From Gekko japonicus (lineage: Eukaryota), in assembly GCF_001447785.1 (NCBI RefSeq), contig NW_015175364.1, positions 551,512 through 615,511 of the forward strand: DNA of 64,000 bases, written 5' to 3'. A program made the position numbers and the translations under genes. The notes under the pieces were generated by a model. It saw only the letters and a program-made list of their open reading frames with translations, had not been told where the DNA came from and searched no databases. Positions 36,893-49,940 of this stretch are shown here, one piece after another; position 1 is the stretch's first letter; each line of letters starts with the position of its first letter.

Positions 36893-37754
36893 TATACATG
36901 GAAGAGGTAAAGCTCTTTCATTAACAGCATAAATGTGGTCCCAGATTAATCTACTTTCATTTATGTGTGTGAGCAACATTTTAAAAAGATGTTAAATGGT
37001 TGTGAGGACTTATTTATGGTTCAACTAATTTATAGTAAGTAGGCTTGTAAACTTTCTCTGAGCTTCGGGGTCCGGTAGGGTCGTGGGTTCTCTCCAGTGT
37101 GACGTTTGGAAGCACTTTAGGCATAGGTTTCCCCTCAGAACTTCCGTTTGAGAGATGACATAGTCTCTCTTTCAACCCCGGTGGCACGCTGGACGAGCCC
37201 GAGTTAATTCACTCCTCTCTGTCTCTCTTGCGTCTCCACCCGTCATTCCTCCTCGGGTACACCTGAGAGCCATTTTTATTTGCTTCTGTTACATCACACG
37301 GTGAACCCACCACCCAACTCTTAAAGTGACTCCACCAACATATGTGTCCCTGCACCGGGTTCTCAGAACCATTTGGCTTCCCACCCGTCTCTCCATCTAT
37401 CTCCATACTGTCTCCTGGCCCAGTCACCCCCTCGCCCTCGTCTTCCCCCTTTTATGGCTCCATCCCCACGTCGGGGTCTGCCTGCCAGTATTCCCGGTCC
37501 TCCTGGAAAGGGGCTGGGCCCTGGATCTGGGGACTTTCTGGAACAGTGGGGGTGGGCTCCGGCATAGTCGGGAGGGGGTTGAGAGCGCCCTCCTGACAAG
37601 GCTTTAGTAAAACTTGATTTGTGGGTAGTACTTTGTGTTTTAACATGGTTAGATATATACATGGAAGAGGTAAAGCTCTTTCATTAACAGCATAAATGTG
37701 GTCCCAGATTAATCTACTTTCATTTATGAGTGTGAGCAACATTTAAAAAAGATG
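36893..37754. repeat. 99-bp direct repeat pair (36893-36991 and 37656-37754)
   Basis: 97/99 identical by manual alignment. Confidence 0.95.
37001..37598 (-). mobile_element. Solo LTR (Gypsy-like)
   Basis: Termini TGTGAGGA...TCCTGACA (7/8 inverted); minus-strand TATA-like CATAAAA and AATAAA; CpG-rich. No canonical TSD. Confidence 0.7.
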
Positions 37755-40700
37755 AGAAACATTCTAACCAATAAAACCAAAGGAAATTCTGCAAACTGTA
37801 TAATGGACTCATGTTTGAAGCACCAGCTTTGCAAAAAGTTAATGAATGAGCTGATGGCAGATTCGTAGCCTTGGCCCTTGTGGGCCACAGTCTGACTTGT
37901 CAGAGGTGCCCTTCCTCTGCCCTTAGGCAGAGAAGAGTGGAGGTTGTGAGCCTCCCTGCTCCACCTCCTCTCCCATTGCTCCATTCCCCTTGCGTCTGGG
38001 GCCTCGAGCTGATGCATTCTCTTCAGCTTCCTTCCACCAGCCATTTAAAAGGTCTCACCAGGTCTGCCATAGGCCCCGTAGCCTCTCTCTGTCTCCAAGC
38101 ACCAGCACCGTCGGCACATGGTCAGCTCCATGGGAAGCCAGTGAGGGCCTTTGAAGAATCCCTAGTCCCCCTTGCCCTTCCCCTGTACAAAGTTCAGGAC
38201 TGCCATCCAGTTGATCATCAGGTGATTGGCTCACCACCAATCAGCAGCCTGGCAGGTGGCTCTTTAAATGGCACAGCTATGGCTGGCATGGGCTTTCTGG
38301 GCACTGTACATGGTGCCACAAGGTGCCAATGGAGGAGAAGGCTGAAATATCTCCACCACCACCCTCTAACAGGGACAAGTGTTGTGGTAGTTGTGGAGAT
38401 ACTGTTGGCTAGATTTGGGATCTCTGCATTTCAGTGCAAGATTCTAGACTTTGGGGTAGACCAGTGGTCATTAAATAACCATAATGAGTTAACCAGCTAG
38501 CCATGTTTACTCAGTTTAAGAAGATTTCAGTTATACTTTGGGCTGGTTCAGACATCACTTTATCTACAAACAATGAATATTAATGATGGACTGCTAAATG
38601 TATGAACTTGATTTCACTAAAAAGCATTGTGTTGGTAGCGATAAGAAAGTTGTATCTGTAATAACCCATTCAAGCATGAAAGCTGACCTTTGTTTCTCCA
38701 TCATAGTTCATCGTAAGGCAAATAATGGCACCTTCCATCTGTTTCAAAGTATAGAATGGAAATGGTTTTTTTATCCTAGTTAGTGAATACCTTGGTATAG
38801 TGGTGCACGGTTAACCCCATCCTGGCCCTCAGACTTTGTGGACTCCCAGCCAATAGCCAATAAAGATCCAGTGGTCCAGTGAAGCCAACTAGGTTATTGT
38901 GCAGCAAGGGACTTGAGGGTTGCAGCCTTTATTCTATTGTTTATCTGAGGAGAGTTGTAATTGCAGTTTGTCTGGGGGTTTCTTTCCTGTTGTTGTCCTG
39001 AGTGCTAATTATCTGGGGTCACTGGCTAGCTAGGATACATCTTGTGACTGAAGCAACTGCTGAGGGATCATCTCCTCAGGCAAAATCAAAACTGATCTTC
39101 GTTGCTCTAAGGCCTTCCACTTCCCTAACTTGAATTTATTGATTTGTTGGCAGGACAGTAGAGATTAGAAGGGGGGAAAGCAGGGGGGGAAATAGGGATG
39201 ACCATACAACGGCATAGTCCTTTAACCCACTCAAGAATGTAAGAGATGCCCTGTTGGATCAGACCATGGGCCCTGTGACGGCATGCGCAGAACGTCTGAA
39301 TAATAATGATATCAGGATGCTGTATCTGAGCTATATACAGTGGTTTTTATTTACAGTTATTTACACAGTCCTTTCCACCATGCGGTATCCCAGGTTCATA
39401 GAACTGACCGACAAGGTGCTTCGCAATACACTCTTCCACTGGTGTGGAACACTTACTTCTGGACTACATTACATATATACAGTACTTGCACCAATCAGAG
39501 TCATTTTGCCAACTCATGGTGACATAGTTAATTAGCTGATGCAACCTAGTGCAACTTGCATCTGGTGACCCTGTCACATGACAGTCTTACCTGTCACACA
39601 GATCAGTTTAATCTGACATGTGTGCATCATTGGCTGTCATCTTGCATACATATAATACAATATGCCAACACCCTGTCACATTCCATGCTTGGACTCCCCT
39701 TACCAGTCTGACAGTCTACCAGGATGTTTCTTCTTTAAAGCATCAGCTCTGGAAAGGAGAGGGGCTTCAAGGCTCATTCCCATCCTCCTCCTTTTACTTG
39801 GCTTGCTCCTCCACTGCCTGGAGTAAAGATCAGCCTGTCCTCTTGTTTTGAAAGGCCAACCTAAAGAAAGATGGGTCCCACCACAGTTCCCCAGCTCTGG
39901 CTGAAGGGTGGGCCTTCTCTCCCAAAGACAAGTCCCATCCTTCCCTAAATTAACCCCATCTTTCCTTGTTTTAACTACATAGCTATCCTCCTCCTGGCAG
40001 GTGAGAACTCCTTGTCAATCAGCTGGGTGACATCTGCTTTGTTGACCCCCCAGCTGACCGGTCAATGACATTTCAGACCTGGTTAGATCATGGGTCACCA
40101 TCCACCTCTCCAGTGGCTCAGAATTGCCCCAGGTTGAAGACAGGATACCTGCACCTGCTGACAGGACCATCTATTCCATCATTCTGTTTCACTCTCTGGC
40201 CAACTAGTTTCCCTAAAGGGCATAGAGGACAAGACCCCCTAACATTAGCCCCACCCTGCTGTTGCCCCTGAAAATTGGTATTCAAAGGTTTACTGCCACT
40301 GGATGTGAAAGTTCCCTTTTGCTAGTAGCCATTAATGGACCTGTCCAAGAATATAAAGACTTAAGAACTTTAATAACTGGCAGAAGCTCTTGCATGATCT
40401 TTTCCAATCCTGCTACCTGAAGTCCTTTGACATGCCAGAGACTGGGAATGTCTCCAGCAAACAGAGTAAACATCTTTCTTTCCTTCCTTCTGGGATATAT
40501 GCTTTTTCATTTTTAGACCAAATGGGCTCTTAAAGCAATTCTCCATTGAGTACATTGTATTTCCATAAGGCAGTCTGGGGCTTTGTCCCCTTGCAGAGCG
40601 CTGTGTGAGATTTATAATGTGCAGTAATTTGTTTACAGCACACAATGCTACTCTTCTCATTCTTAGGGCAGTTCCTGGTGTTTGCATACATTTGTTGGTG

Positions 40701-41224
40701 TGTGCAAAAGAGGGAGACTTTGAAAGACATTTGGGGGAGGCTGTAAATAAGCAAGTATGCTCAAAGTAAAAAAAAGAAAGAAAGCGTTTAGAGAAAGGCT
40801 TTTGTTACTGAAGAATGGTAATGGGCATCCTCTAAAACAAGTTAAAACACTTTTTTGTAAAGATCGTGGCAAAGGAAGGATAAAACAGAGGCCACGATTT
40901 TTGCAGTTTTGAGAGTTACTGCAGGAAACAGAAGCTGGTACAAAAGACAGAATTAAGTAGAAACCACACAAGTAGGGTTACCAGCCTCAAGGTGGGGCCT
41001 GGACTTTTCAGAGAGACTTACAACTCCAGCCTACAGAGATCAGTTCCCGTGGAGGAAATGACAGCATGCAGGATGGACTGTATAGAATTATACCCCACTG
41101 AAGTCCCTCCCCTCCCCAATTCTACCCTCCCTTGACACTGCTCCCAATCTCCAGGAATTTCCCAAGTCAGAGCTGGCAATCCTAACAAATCATGTGATAT
41201 TTATTCGAAAATAAATCACATGCC

Positions 41225-41675
41225 GGGCCCTGATCTCCCGGAGGAGATCAGGGCCCTGCGGGACCTTATGCAGTTCCGCAGGGCCTGCAAGACGGAGCTC
41301 TTCCGCCAGGCCTTTGCATAGGGGCCACCGCTGCCACCACCACCAACGGTGGCAATACCATCGAGATCAGGAATCGCCCTTGGAAGTGCCGCCACAAATT
41401 GCCTGGCACTGACAATGTGGGAATGGCCTGAACTATCTGCTGGACAGTGCCACCCCAATGGGGAGGGGATCTGAAGATGCCATCAAAACCACACAAGACC
41501 ATCTTGTTATAAAAAAGCACTTTATTATTGTTACTGTTGTTATTCCATGATTTTATTGTTTTATCTGGTTTTATGTAATGGGCGTATGCCCCTTGTAAGC
41601 CGCCCTGAGCCTGCTCGCGGGGAGGGCAGGGTAAAAATGTCTAAATAAAATAAATAAATAAATAAATAAATAAAT
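41225..41675 (+). mobile_element. Young L2 LINE 3' end with (TAAA)n tail
   Basis: ORF2 end PEEIRALRDLMQFRRACKTELFRQAF; TGTAAGCCGCCCTGAG..GGGCAGG stem-loop; TAAA repeats. Confidence 0.85.
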
Positions 41676-42681
41676 TGTGCTAAAATACCTGGGTAAGAAA
41701 AATAGGATATGAAGTAGTATCACATTATGTTGGTTCCTGGACACCAAGTTTATGCCCTGTTAATGCCAAAAGATGGAGCCATATTGGACCATGCATACTA
41801 AAGCTTACTACTTTTATACTTCCACAGAAAACACAGAGAATCTGTGGCACTGAAAATTCAATATTATTTGAATCTATAAGGAGAAAATGTAAGGAGTGCA
41901 TTATCTCATCAGCTGCCTCTGTCACAAGGGACAGGTAGAAGCTTGATTTTGGACTCCCCCTATTTATTAGTTTATCATGTTCCTTATGTTGAAAAATATT
42001 GTATTTCCTTAGGTTGCATGATTTTGGTGGTCTCTGGGTTTATGTAGACCTCCATTCATGGCATTCTTAATTGAGTTTGGTACAGATCAAGAGTATTTAT
42101 CTGGCTGTTTGGGAAATAATTACAGTTTGTGTGGTCTAATAAGTAGTTCCAGAGTGTTCCAAATGCAAGAATCAGGGCCTATTGGAGTGGGAAGTGGGAA
42201 TGCCTGTTTGGATGTTTGAGAAGTTGTACCAGTGCATGAGGGGCCAAACAAAGCATTCACCTCAGGCTAAAACCAGTAGCAACTAGCTTAATTGTTTCCA
42301 TATCACTGAGGGAAATCACTGTTGCCACATAGGTTAATGTGAACCTGATGCAGTTGTATTTCTAATTCAGGACAGCCACATTTCTCTTCAAAGAATTTAG
42401 ATAATCCATATTACAAACAGGTTCTGGACAAGTCATTGTGACTCCAGGGGACTACAAGGTGGCCACGTAAAATACCATTCTACTATTCTGGTGCACATGA
42501 GAGTCACCTCATTTAATCCTCACAACAATTTTTTGAAGTAGACCAGGATGAGAGTATATGACTAAAGTCACACAAACAGTAAACAGTAAAGGGCAGGGGT
42601 GAACCCAGGTTCCCTGGTTCAGTTCTATCCATTATTCTATATGATAGTTGTCTGGAAGTAAGATGTTTATTTGGGATGTGG

Positions 42682-42795
42682 AACCTCCATTTCGTACAAT
42701 CCAGTCCCTTAGTCCATGGGTGCAGTGACGAGAATTGTAACCTCCATTTCGTACAATCCAGTCCCTTTGTCCATGTGTGCAGTGACCAGAATTGT
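42682..42795. repeat. 57-bp tandem duplication
   Basis: Units start at 42682 and 42739. Confidence 0.9.
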
Positions 42796-43251
42796 GTACA
42801 CGTAGTCCTTATGACCAGTAGCAGGGATGGGCATCAGAAGGGACTAGTTCTTTATCCCAGTTCCATTCTCAAACAACTGATTGACAATAATCAGTGATTA
42901 TCTGATGGAGTTATTATTTTATTTTATTGTTTTTTATTCAGAGTATTTATTGGATGCTCTCTCCACACTGAAGCAGCTCACAATAATAAGCATGACACCC
43001 TAAAATGTCAATAATACAACATCAAATAACATAGAATATCAACAAAGCAGCAGGTAACAAACACAAACAACAGTAACAGAATTAAGCAGCAGAGATGAAA
43101 ATATGCCAGCATCTAAAATTTGGAGGACCAATGACTCTCCAAAATATCTATGGCAAATCATAGATTTCTTTACAGGAGTCTGAAAGTTAGCAAATCAGCT
43201 GCCAAGGGAACTGCTGTGAGTTAGTATGTCTCCACAGAGAAGACACTATAT

Positions 43252-44379
43252 GGAATTTCACATTACCCTTTTTAAGCCGGTTTGAAGCCATTTTTGATCC
43301 GTCGTGGAGTAAACCGATATAGGGCTGCCATTTCACACATGGCTTTCCCCTACTGGTAAACAGCTGGATCTGAAGTGGTTTGCCATTTCAGACTTCCTCT
43401 TTGGGATTTCTACCACAAATAATAATAATAATAATCTTTCAATTTATTGATCGCTCAATCCTTGCAGCTGCCGGCTCTGAGCGATTTACAGTTACTCTTG
43501 ACGCGGGACTAACAATGAGGGGGGTAAGGGAGGACAACATACATCATTTTAAATTACACACATTCCACAGCCGACAAGGAATTTATGATCTGCGGTGATC
43601 TGCGGTGAACATCAGGCATGGTCCCGGCAGCCTCTCTCTCTCTTTCTCTCTCGGCGTCGCTTTTTGATGTCGTCAGCATTTTTCTCGGTCGCAGCACACC
43701 ACTGCCACCGTCTGGCTGGAATGGCCGGAATGGCCCATTGCAGCTGCGTAGATCTTTTCTTGGCTTATGATGTTACGCATGGACCTTCCGTTATCGGCTA
43801 ACACCTCACCCATGAGGGGGATTTAGTGTGCCCGCCCTCTCTAAGGAGCGGTACCCATTTTATCTACTCGCCGAAGCTTTCAAACCGCTGGGTGGACGGC
43901 GAGCTGGGGACAAGACTTGGTAGCTCACACCAAGTGCGGGGCTCAAACTGACAGCAGTCCTGTTCAGCTCAGATGTTTAACCAGAGGATAAATCCCCTGT
44001 GCCACCGCTCCCCTATAGCACTATAACACAACACTCCAGGCATTCCAATGGGGTTGCTATAATGCTGTTTTGTTGTTGAGTAATAGCGCTATAGCGCTCT
44101 AAAGCGAACGTTAAAAAAAGCCAGAGATCGTCCACGCGGGCGAAAAGCGGTGGGAAAAAGCGTTTCGGATCTGGGAGAAGAAACTGAAGACTACTTGGAA
44201 GTGGTTTACAGGTAAAATGGTTCACCCTGTTTCCTGAACAGGACAGAAGTGTTTGTGTGTGAAAGTACAAATATATTCTGGTAGGGAACCGGTTCTAAAA
44301 TGGTTCTGTCTGAAATGTCAGACCAGAAACCATTTGGGAACCATTCCTGAACCGGAATATATTGCCTGTCTGAAATTCC
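43252..44379. mobile_element. PIF/Harbinger-like non-autonomous element interrupted by a SINE
   Basis: Ends GGAATTTCA / TGAAATTCC with repeated subterminal TTTCA(C/G)AC and GT(C/G)TGAAA motifs. TSD unclear. Confidence 0.5.
43419..44012 (-). mobile_element. Composite SINE: Sauria-type head/core, unique body, L2-type tail with (ATT)n
   Basis: Head GGGAGCGGTGGCACAG...GAGTAGATAAAATGGGTACCGCTCC; tail TGTAAATCGCTCAGAG..TTGAGCGATCAATAAAT..(ATT)5. Confidence 0.7.
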
Positions 44380-45589
44380 TCTATGTCTGTTTGCCATCCA
44401 CTATGAGGCACATGAGGCCAGACCTCTGATACTAAGCTCAGCTGGTGAGAAGGTTCATCAAACTGACAGCCAGGGAAGGTCACTAGAATATGTTCTCTGT
44501 ATCCTGCTCTAGTGAACAAACTCCTTGCCACATTCTGTGCTAGCTGAAGTTTCCAAAGCTCAAAGGCTATACAACGTACATTAAATAAATCTCTACTTGA
44601 TATGATCAGAGCATGGATAACTTTGGATAGTCTAGTTTTTCAAGGAAAGCCTACAGCTGGAATACTAACCAAAGCAGGCTAAATGCTTCAATAAATACAG
44701 AAAAGAACTGAGCCCTCATCTGTAGGCATGGATAGCACACTAAAGTTACAAACCTATTCCATTCTGAGGAGTGCAACTCCAGCAAGAACTGGTTGATACC
44801 TTAATCCAGAACTGGCTATATTATTAACCAGCGGCACCTCAGTTTCATTTGGAATGAGAGCAGCCTTGGCTGCTGGATCAGATGGGGAAGGTGCACATGC
44901 AGTAGTAACTTACACATGCAGTTCTCCATCTAGTTTACAGATACCTGCACAGAAGTCTACACTTAGGTAGATCAAGGCATTTTTGTTTCACAGTGGGCAC
45001 TGACACTGTGAAAACTGGCAGTTCTACTGGAGAACACTGAGTACAAAATGCACACGAGGCATCCAGAATGGGGTGATGCACCCAGAAAACCATTTCGGGA
45101 CTGTAAGGGCCACTAGAAAACCCCAATTCCTAACCTGGATCAGGTATAAGGATGGTATGGAGGTGCAGTAATTCTGCCAGAGACCCACTTTGTCAAGAAT
45201 CAAAAAGACAATGCTCTTAAGCATTGAAGGATTCTTAATAAACACTCACTTGTTCTATACAATCTTTATGTTCCAGATAAACCTAAAAATGGCCTCTGCC
45301 GCTGAAGCTACATGTCATCAACGTGAGGTTCAAATTCTAAACAAAGCATCAGAGGATTGCACAGAAGGCTGAAACATCCAGACAGGAAGGAAGGCACATC
45401 TGGAGGTGTTCCAAAGTCATAGGTTGTCATGTCCCAAAATTGTTTCAGAAAAACCAATAGTTGGAACCAAATCGCCTTCAATCTGATTAGAAAAGTGTTC
45501 ATGTTCTACAAATCTACAAAGATATATATTTGTACGGAACAAACATTTGAGGGGTCACGCCCTTTATAGTTCAAAGATGGTTTAGCTGA

Positions 45590-45984
45590 CAGGGGTGTCA
45601 AACATACAGCCTGCAAGCCAGAACTAGCCCATCCAGGGCTCTTATCCAGCCCATGAGCAACTAACTGGTCATTACCTTATTGCCAGATGGCAGAAGCTGT
45701 GTGTATTGTGTCTCTGTGTCCCAGTGCTAATGAGTAATGGGCAGTGGAAGTGGGAGGGTCAGCATCGGGGAGATACTTTAAGGAAATACTGTAAGATTGT
45801 TAATGTTTTAAGCATGTTTGTATATTGAGTAAAAATAATATCATTAATTGGGTTTGCCAGTGTCCTTTATAAAGTTTATATCGCCCATACCTGGCATTAC
45901 AGTTTATGCCACATGTGGCCTGGCCCAACGAAGTGACATTTAAGTCAGAGCTGGCCTTCATAACAAATGAATTGGACACCTCTG
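45590..45984. mobile_element. hAT-Charlie-like MITE
   Basis: TIR CAGGGGTGTCAAA / TTGGACACCTCTG; flanks GTTTAGCT(GA) / GTTTAGCA. Confidence 0.7.
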
Positions 45985-48289
45985 GTTTAGCATCATGAAT
46001 AATGTACTAACTAGCTACCGTCTTACGGGCTGGATTCTACTAGTGAATATATATGCAAGCATTCAGATTATGCAGAACTCTCCATCAGGAATTTGTGAAC
46101 CAAAATTATAAAGCCTGGTATACTCTTACACTAGCCAAGGTTGGTTCTATGACCTTAGCTGCTTTTGGTAAACCCAGTAGGAAATACTCTTATCCCAGGG
46201 GGCAGGAGAATCCTGCATTTCCTAATAGATTGTACCTTTTGGGCATCCAACTCTCTAAGATCATCAATTCTTTTGTGGATACTTTTTGTGAGGATCAAAA
46301 TTCATACGAGTCAAATATCTGGTTCCTTTTAAAACTTTTACCTCATTTTTATCACTATCATCATTATTAGAATATTTTTTAAAAAAAATTACATGTCTAA
46401 CAGTGCAACCGTATTCATTGTTACTTCAGTCTAAGTCCATGATTTCAATGGAGTTAAACTAGAATAACTCAAGGATTCCACTAAAAAACTTAGCAGTTTC
46501 TGGTCCAGATACCATTAAAATTTGAACTGTTCATGAAAACATTTTTTTAAAGTTTTTTTTTTTAAAGTTAAAAAAAAAAACTGCCGTAGCAAAGCTACAT
46601 CATTGTTTTATATAGCAAGTCAAACCATTGGTCCATTAATGTCAGTATGCTTTACTGTGATTCTGCAACGTCTCAAGTCTTTCCAGGCCCAACTCAGAGA
46701 CTGATCAAAGGGAGATGCATGCAAGCCAAAGGTCCCAGCTATGGGTCTCTCAGTTATGGCCCTCTACATAATGCCATTTAAGCCTTTGGCATTTTATATT
46801 TAGTTCTTAGACGTTTGAGTGCTGCTCCTTCCCCTCCCCTTCCACTTCTGAAAAGTCAACTTCACCTAATTAAAAGATGCAAACTCAAGTGTGGGTGCTC
46901 CTTTTTGTAGGGCTACCCACAGGGAATATTGCACTACAAGCACAAGACTGGGATTAGTGAAGTCTTCTATGGAAGCTCCTAAAATATATACCGGGAATCA
47001 TCCAGCCAAAGTGAAGCAGATGTCAGGCCATTTTGTTTCAGTGATAGAAAGTTAGCCACATTCACTTTCACTTGCTGAAATCCATAGGACTGAAACATGC
47101 TTCCCTCTAGCAGGATCATGCCCTCTCTTTCTGCCAGCCTTACAGTGTAATCCTAAACAGAGTTACACCCTTCTAAATCAATTGATGTTAATGGGCTTAG
47201 GAGGGTGTATCTCTGCTTAGGACTGCATTGTTGGTCTTTTAAGACTTTGTCATCAACATAATTGTTCAAATGAGCTGGAAAGTTTCTTGATTAAAGTTTC
47301 TCAATTAAAATGTCTTAATTAAAAATGCTGTTTCTTAATTTTTTAAAAAAATCTTAATTAAAAATGCTGTAGATTGCTAAATAAAGCACACTTCCCTGCT
47401 TGCCCCATTCATCACTCTAGTGAGCTTCCATAAGTCAGGTTAGGATGCCTGTTCTTCTATATCCGAGTCCTATAGCACCTTAGAGACCCACAACCTGCCA
47501 AAGGGAGCTTTGACTCTTGAAAGCTTATGACCCCAAGATCTTGTTGATCTCTACTGTAGGACTGGACTCAAATCTAGCTCATGTACTGCAGACCAACATG
47601 GCTACCCCTGAAGCTGTTTTTCTATGGGGATGGTCTCCTTGGTTTTCAACAGCTGCACCACAAGCCAAATTTGGCTGGCAAGGCATTTCCCAGCATGCAG
47701 AAGTCATGGGGGGAAAACATCACCTGTTGACTTCCTGCCTGTCACACAAGAGTTAAAGTCACAGGAATCTACCAGATAACCTCAGGTCAAACAGGCAGAG
47801 ATGAAGCTTTCTTAGTCTCTCGGGACACTGTCTGCTAAGTTAATAAGGAGAGTACAGTAAGTTTTCGTGCAACCAACCATATGTGTAATAAAATGAATTT
47901 ACGGTGCACCTTTGTCTGCCTCACCTCCACACATTGCCCTAATCCATCCCAGCTGGACCCGCTTCTAACATTCCAAGCTTCTGAGCAGCTTCCAACAGCT
48001 GCCACCGTTTGTTCCTCAGCAACCTGCTCCATACAGTACAGAGAGATGTTTAATTTTTTCCCCTTCTCAAGCCAGAATTCCACTTTCCCCCCTTTACAGT
48101 CACATTGCTTGGAAATTAGGTAACAATGTAAGTCATTGTCTAAGAATTGTCCATATAATAAAATACTACCATGGAGGCAGAAAATGTGGACAGTTACGCA
48201 CAGAAACACTTTTTTAAAAAGTGCTTGGGGGCATAGTGTTCTAAGTTTGTACTTTTAAGGTCTTGTTTCTTTTTCTTTTTCTCTTTGAT

Positions 48290-48490
48290 TTGCCATCAAG
48301 TCAAGCTGACTTCTGGCAGCCCCTACTGGGGCTTGAAGGCAAGGGATGCTCAGAGGTGACTTGCCATCATCTGGCTCTATGTCATGACCCTAGTATTCCC
48401 TGGAGGTCTCCCATCCAAATACTAGCCAGGGCTGGCTCTGCTTAGCTTCTGAGATCTGACAAGATCAGGCTTGCCTGGGCTATCCGGGTC
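48290..48490 (-). mobile_element. 5S-derived SINE, best-preserved copy
   Basis: Reverse complement GCCTGATCTTGTCAGATCTCAGAAGCTAAGCAGAGCCAGCCCTGGCTAGTATTTGGATGGGAGACCTCCAGGGAATAC aligns colinearly with 5S rRNA, including boxes A and C. Confidence 0.9.
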
Positions 48491-49940
48491 CTGTTTCCAC
48501 AGTGCCTTGTCTATCATGGAACTCTTGGGTGTTGCAAAGGAGTCTGGGATCTGTTTTAAGGTATGTGTAGCTGGACCCGATTTACACACACAAAAGAATG
48601 AGGTTGTGGAGACTTGAGGTGGCAGAATGAACTGCCAGAATGCAGGTAGTAGACTCCAGCTTTGAATATTCCTTTGCAAAAAAATAGTACCTTCATGGTA
48701 CTGTTTCCATCACCCATATTATGGGGATGCACTGACAGAGAAGGTCTAAGTCTTGTGCATCCCATCAGTTATCTACACTATGATTGAGAGCTGTGGGAAC
48801 AATTGCCCTTGGCTGTTTCAGGTCTTTGTTTGGGCTGTAAATGAAATACAGCTCACATTTCATTCTCCCAACAAATAGTGTCGGCTCTCATCATTCCAGG
48901 TCTACCGGAGGTGGACAGCTCCAGAATGCAGATAGTAGATACCAGCTTTGAATGTTCCTTCACATAAAAGCATACAAATATAATAAAGGAGCGTTCCAAA
49001 ATTTGATCCGTCGAACGTGGGTGTTCCACCTGCAATCTCAAGTGATGCTGTCCATTCTACCCCACCCCCACCTCCTCATTATAATCTCATTCTCCTTCAG
49101 GTGTGAACCAGGTTTTAAATGGGGTATGAGCCTGCCCTGTTGGACTTCACTTATTTGAACCGATAGACCACCCTCAAATACACCATTCCCTGCAGCTTCA
49201 TGTATCAGGGGAGGACTGGTCAAAGTGGGTAAGCTGCCTTGCAGTGAAACTTGACCATTGTTACCATTCTTTCCACTGACAAACAATTTTGAAAAACATT
49301 TGCTGTGGCTAAACAGGCTGGCCTTACTTTTCAACACAGTGAAGATGTCCACCTCAGTAGGCAGCTTTGGACAAACTTTTAAAAGGCAGCAAATATAATT
49401 GACTACTGCATTTTTGTAACAATTAGAGTGCTTCAGGAATCAAATTTCTGAGGCTGTCTCTGTGGCTGAAGTGATATTAAGCTGGGGTATACTTACTTTA
49501 TGTTCTTTAGAACTCCAGGCTCATGGCTATTGGGGCTACACACCTTTTTAAAAAAGGCCCTGCTTGTCTGCCTTTAACAACAGCCTAGCAAATAAAAACT
49601 ATCCCCGGCATGGAGATAAACTGATGTAAGAAGCTTATGCTAAATTTCTGAGTGTCAAATTGCTTTTAAAAAGCACAGGAGAAGAATGAGTTTTAAAACT
49701 GAAAGATGGCAACACTCATGCAATGAAACCTTCTGCTACACTAGACCAGAGTGGCCATGCTTACTGCCATGGTAGTTGCTTCTGTTTGGAGCTCTTGTTC
49801 TGCATTCCACCACCTCGTGCCCCAGTGGATTTTCTTTTGGCTTCCACATGACATTGCCATGCTTCTGTTGATCTTCTGGATTTTCCCTGGCTTCCTTGTG
49901 GGTTTCCACAAACCTGCTTTTAGGAAAAAGAGGGTTTGGG

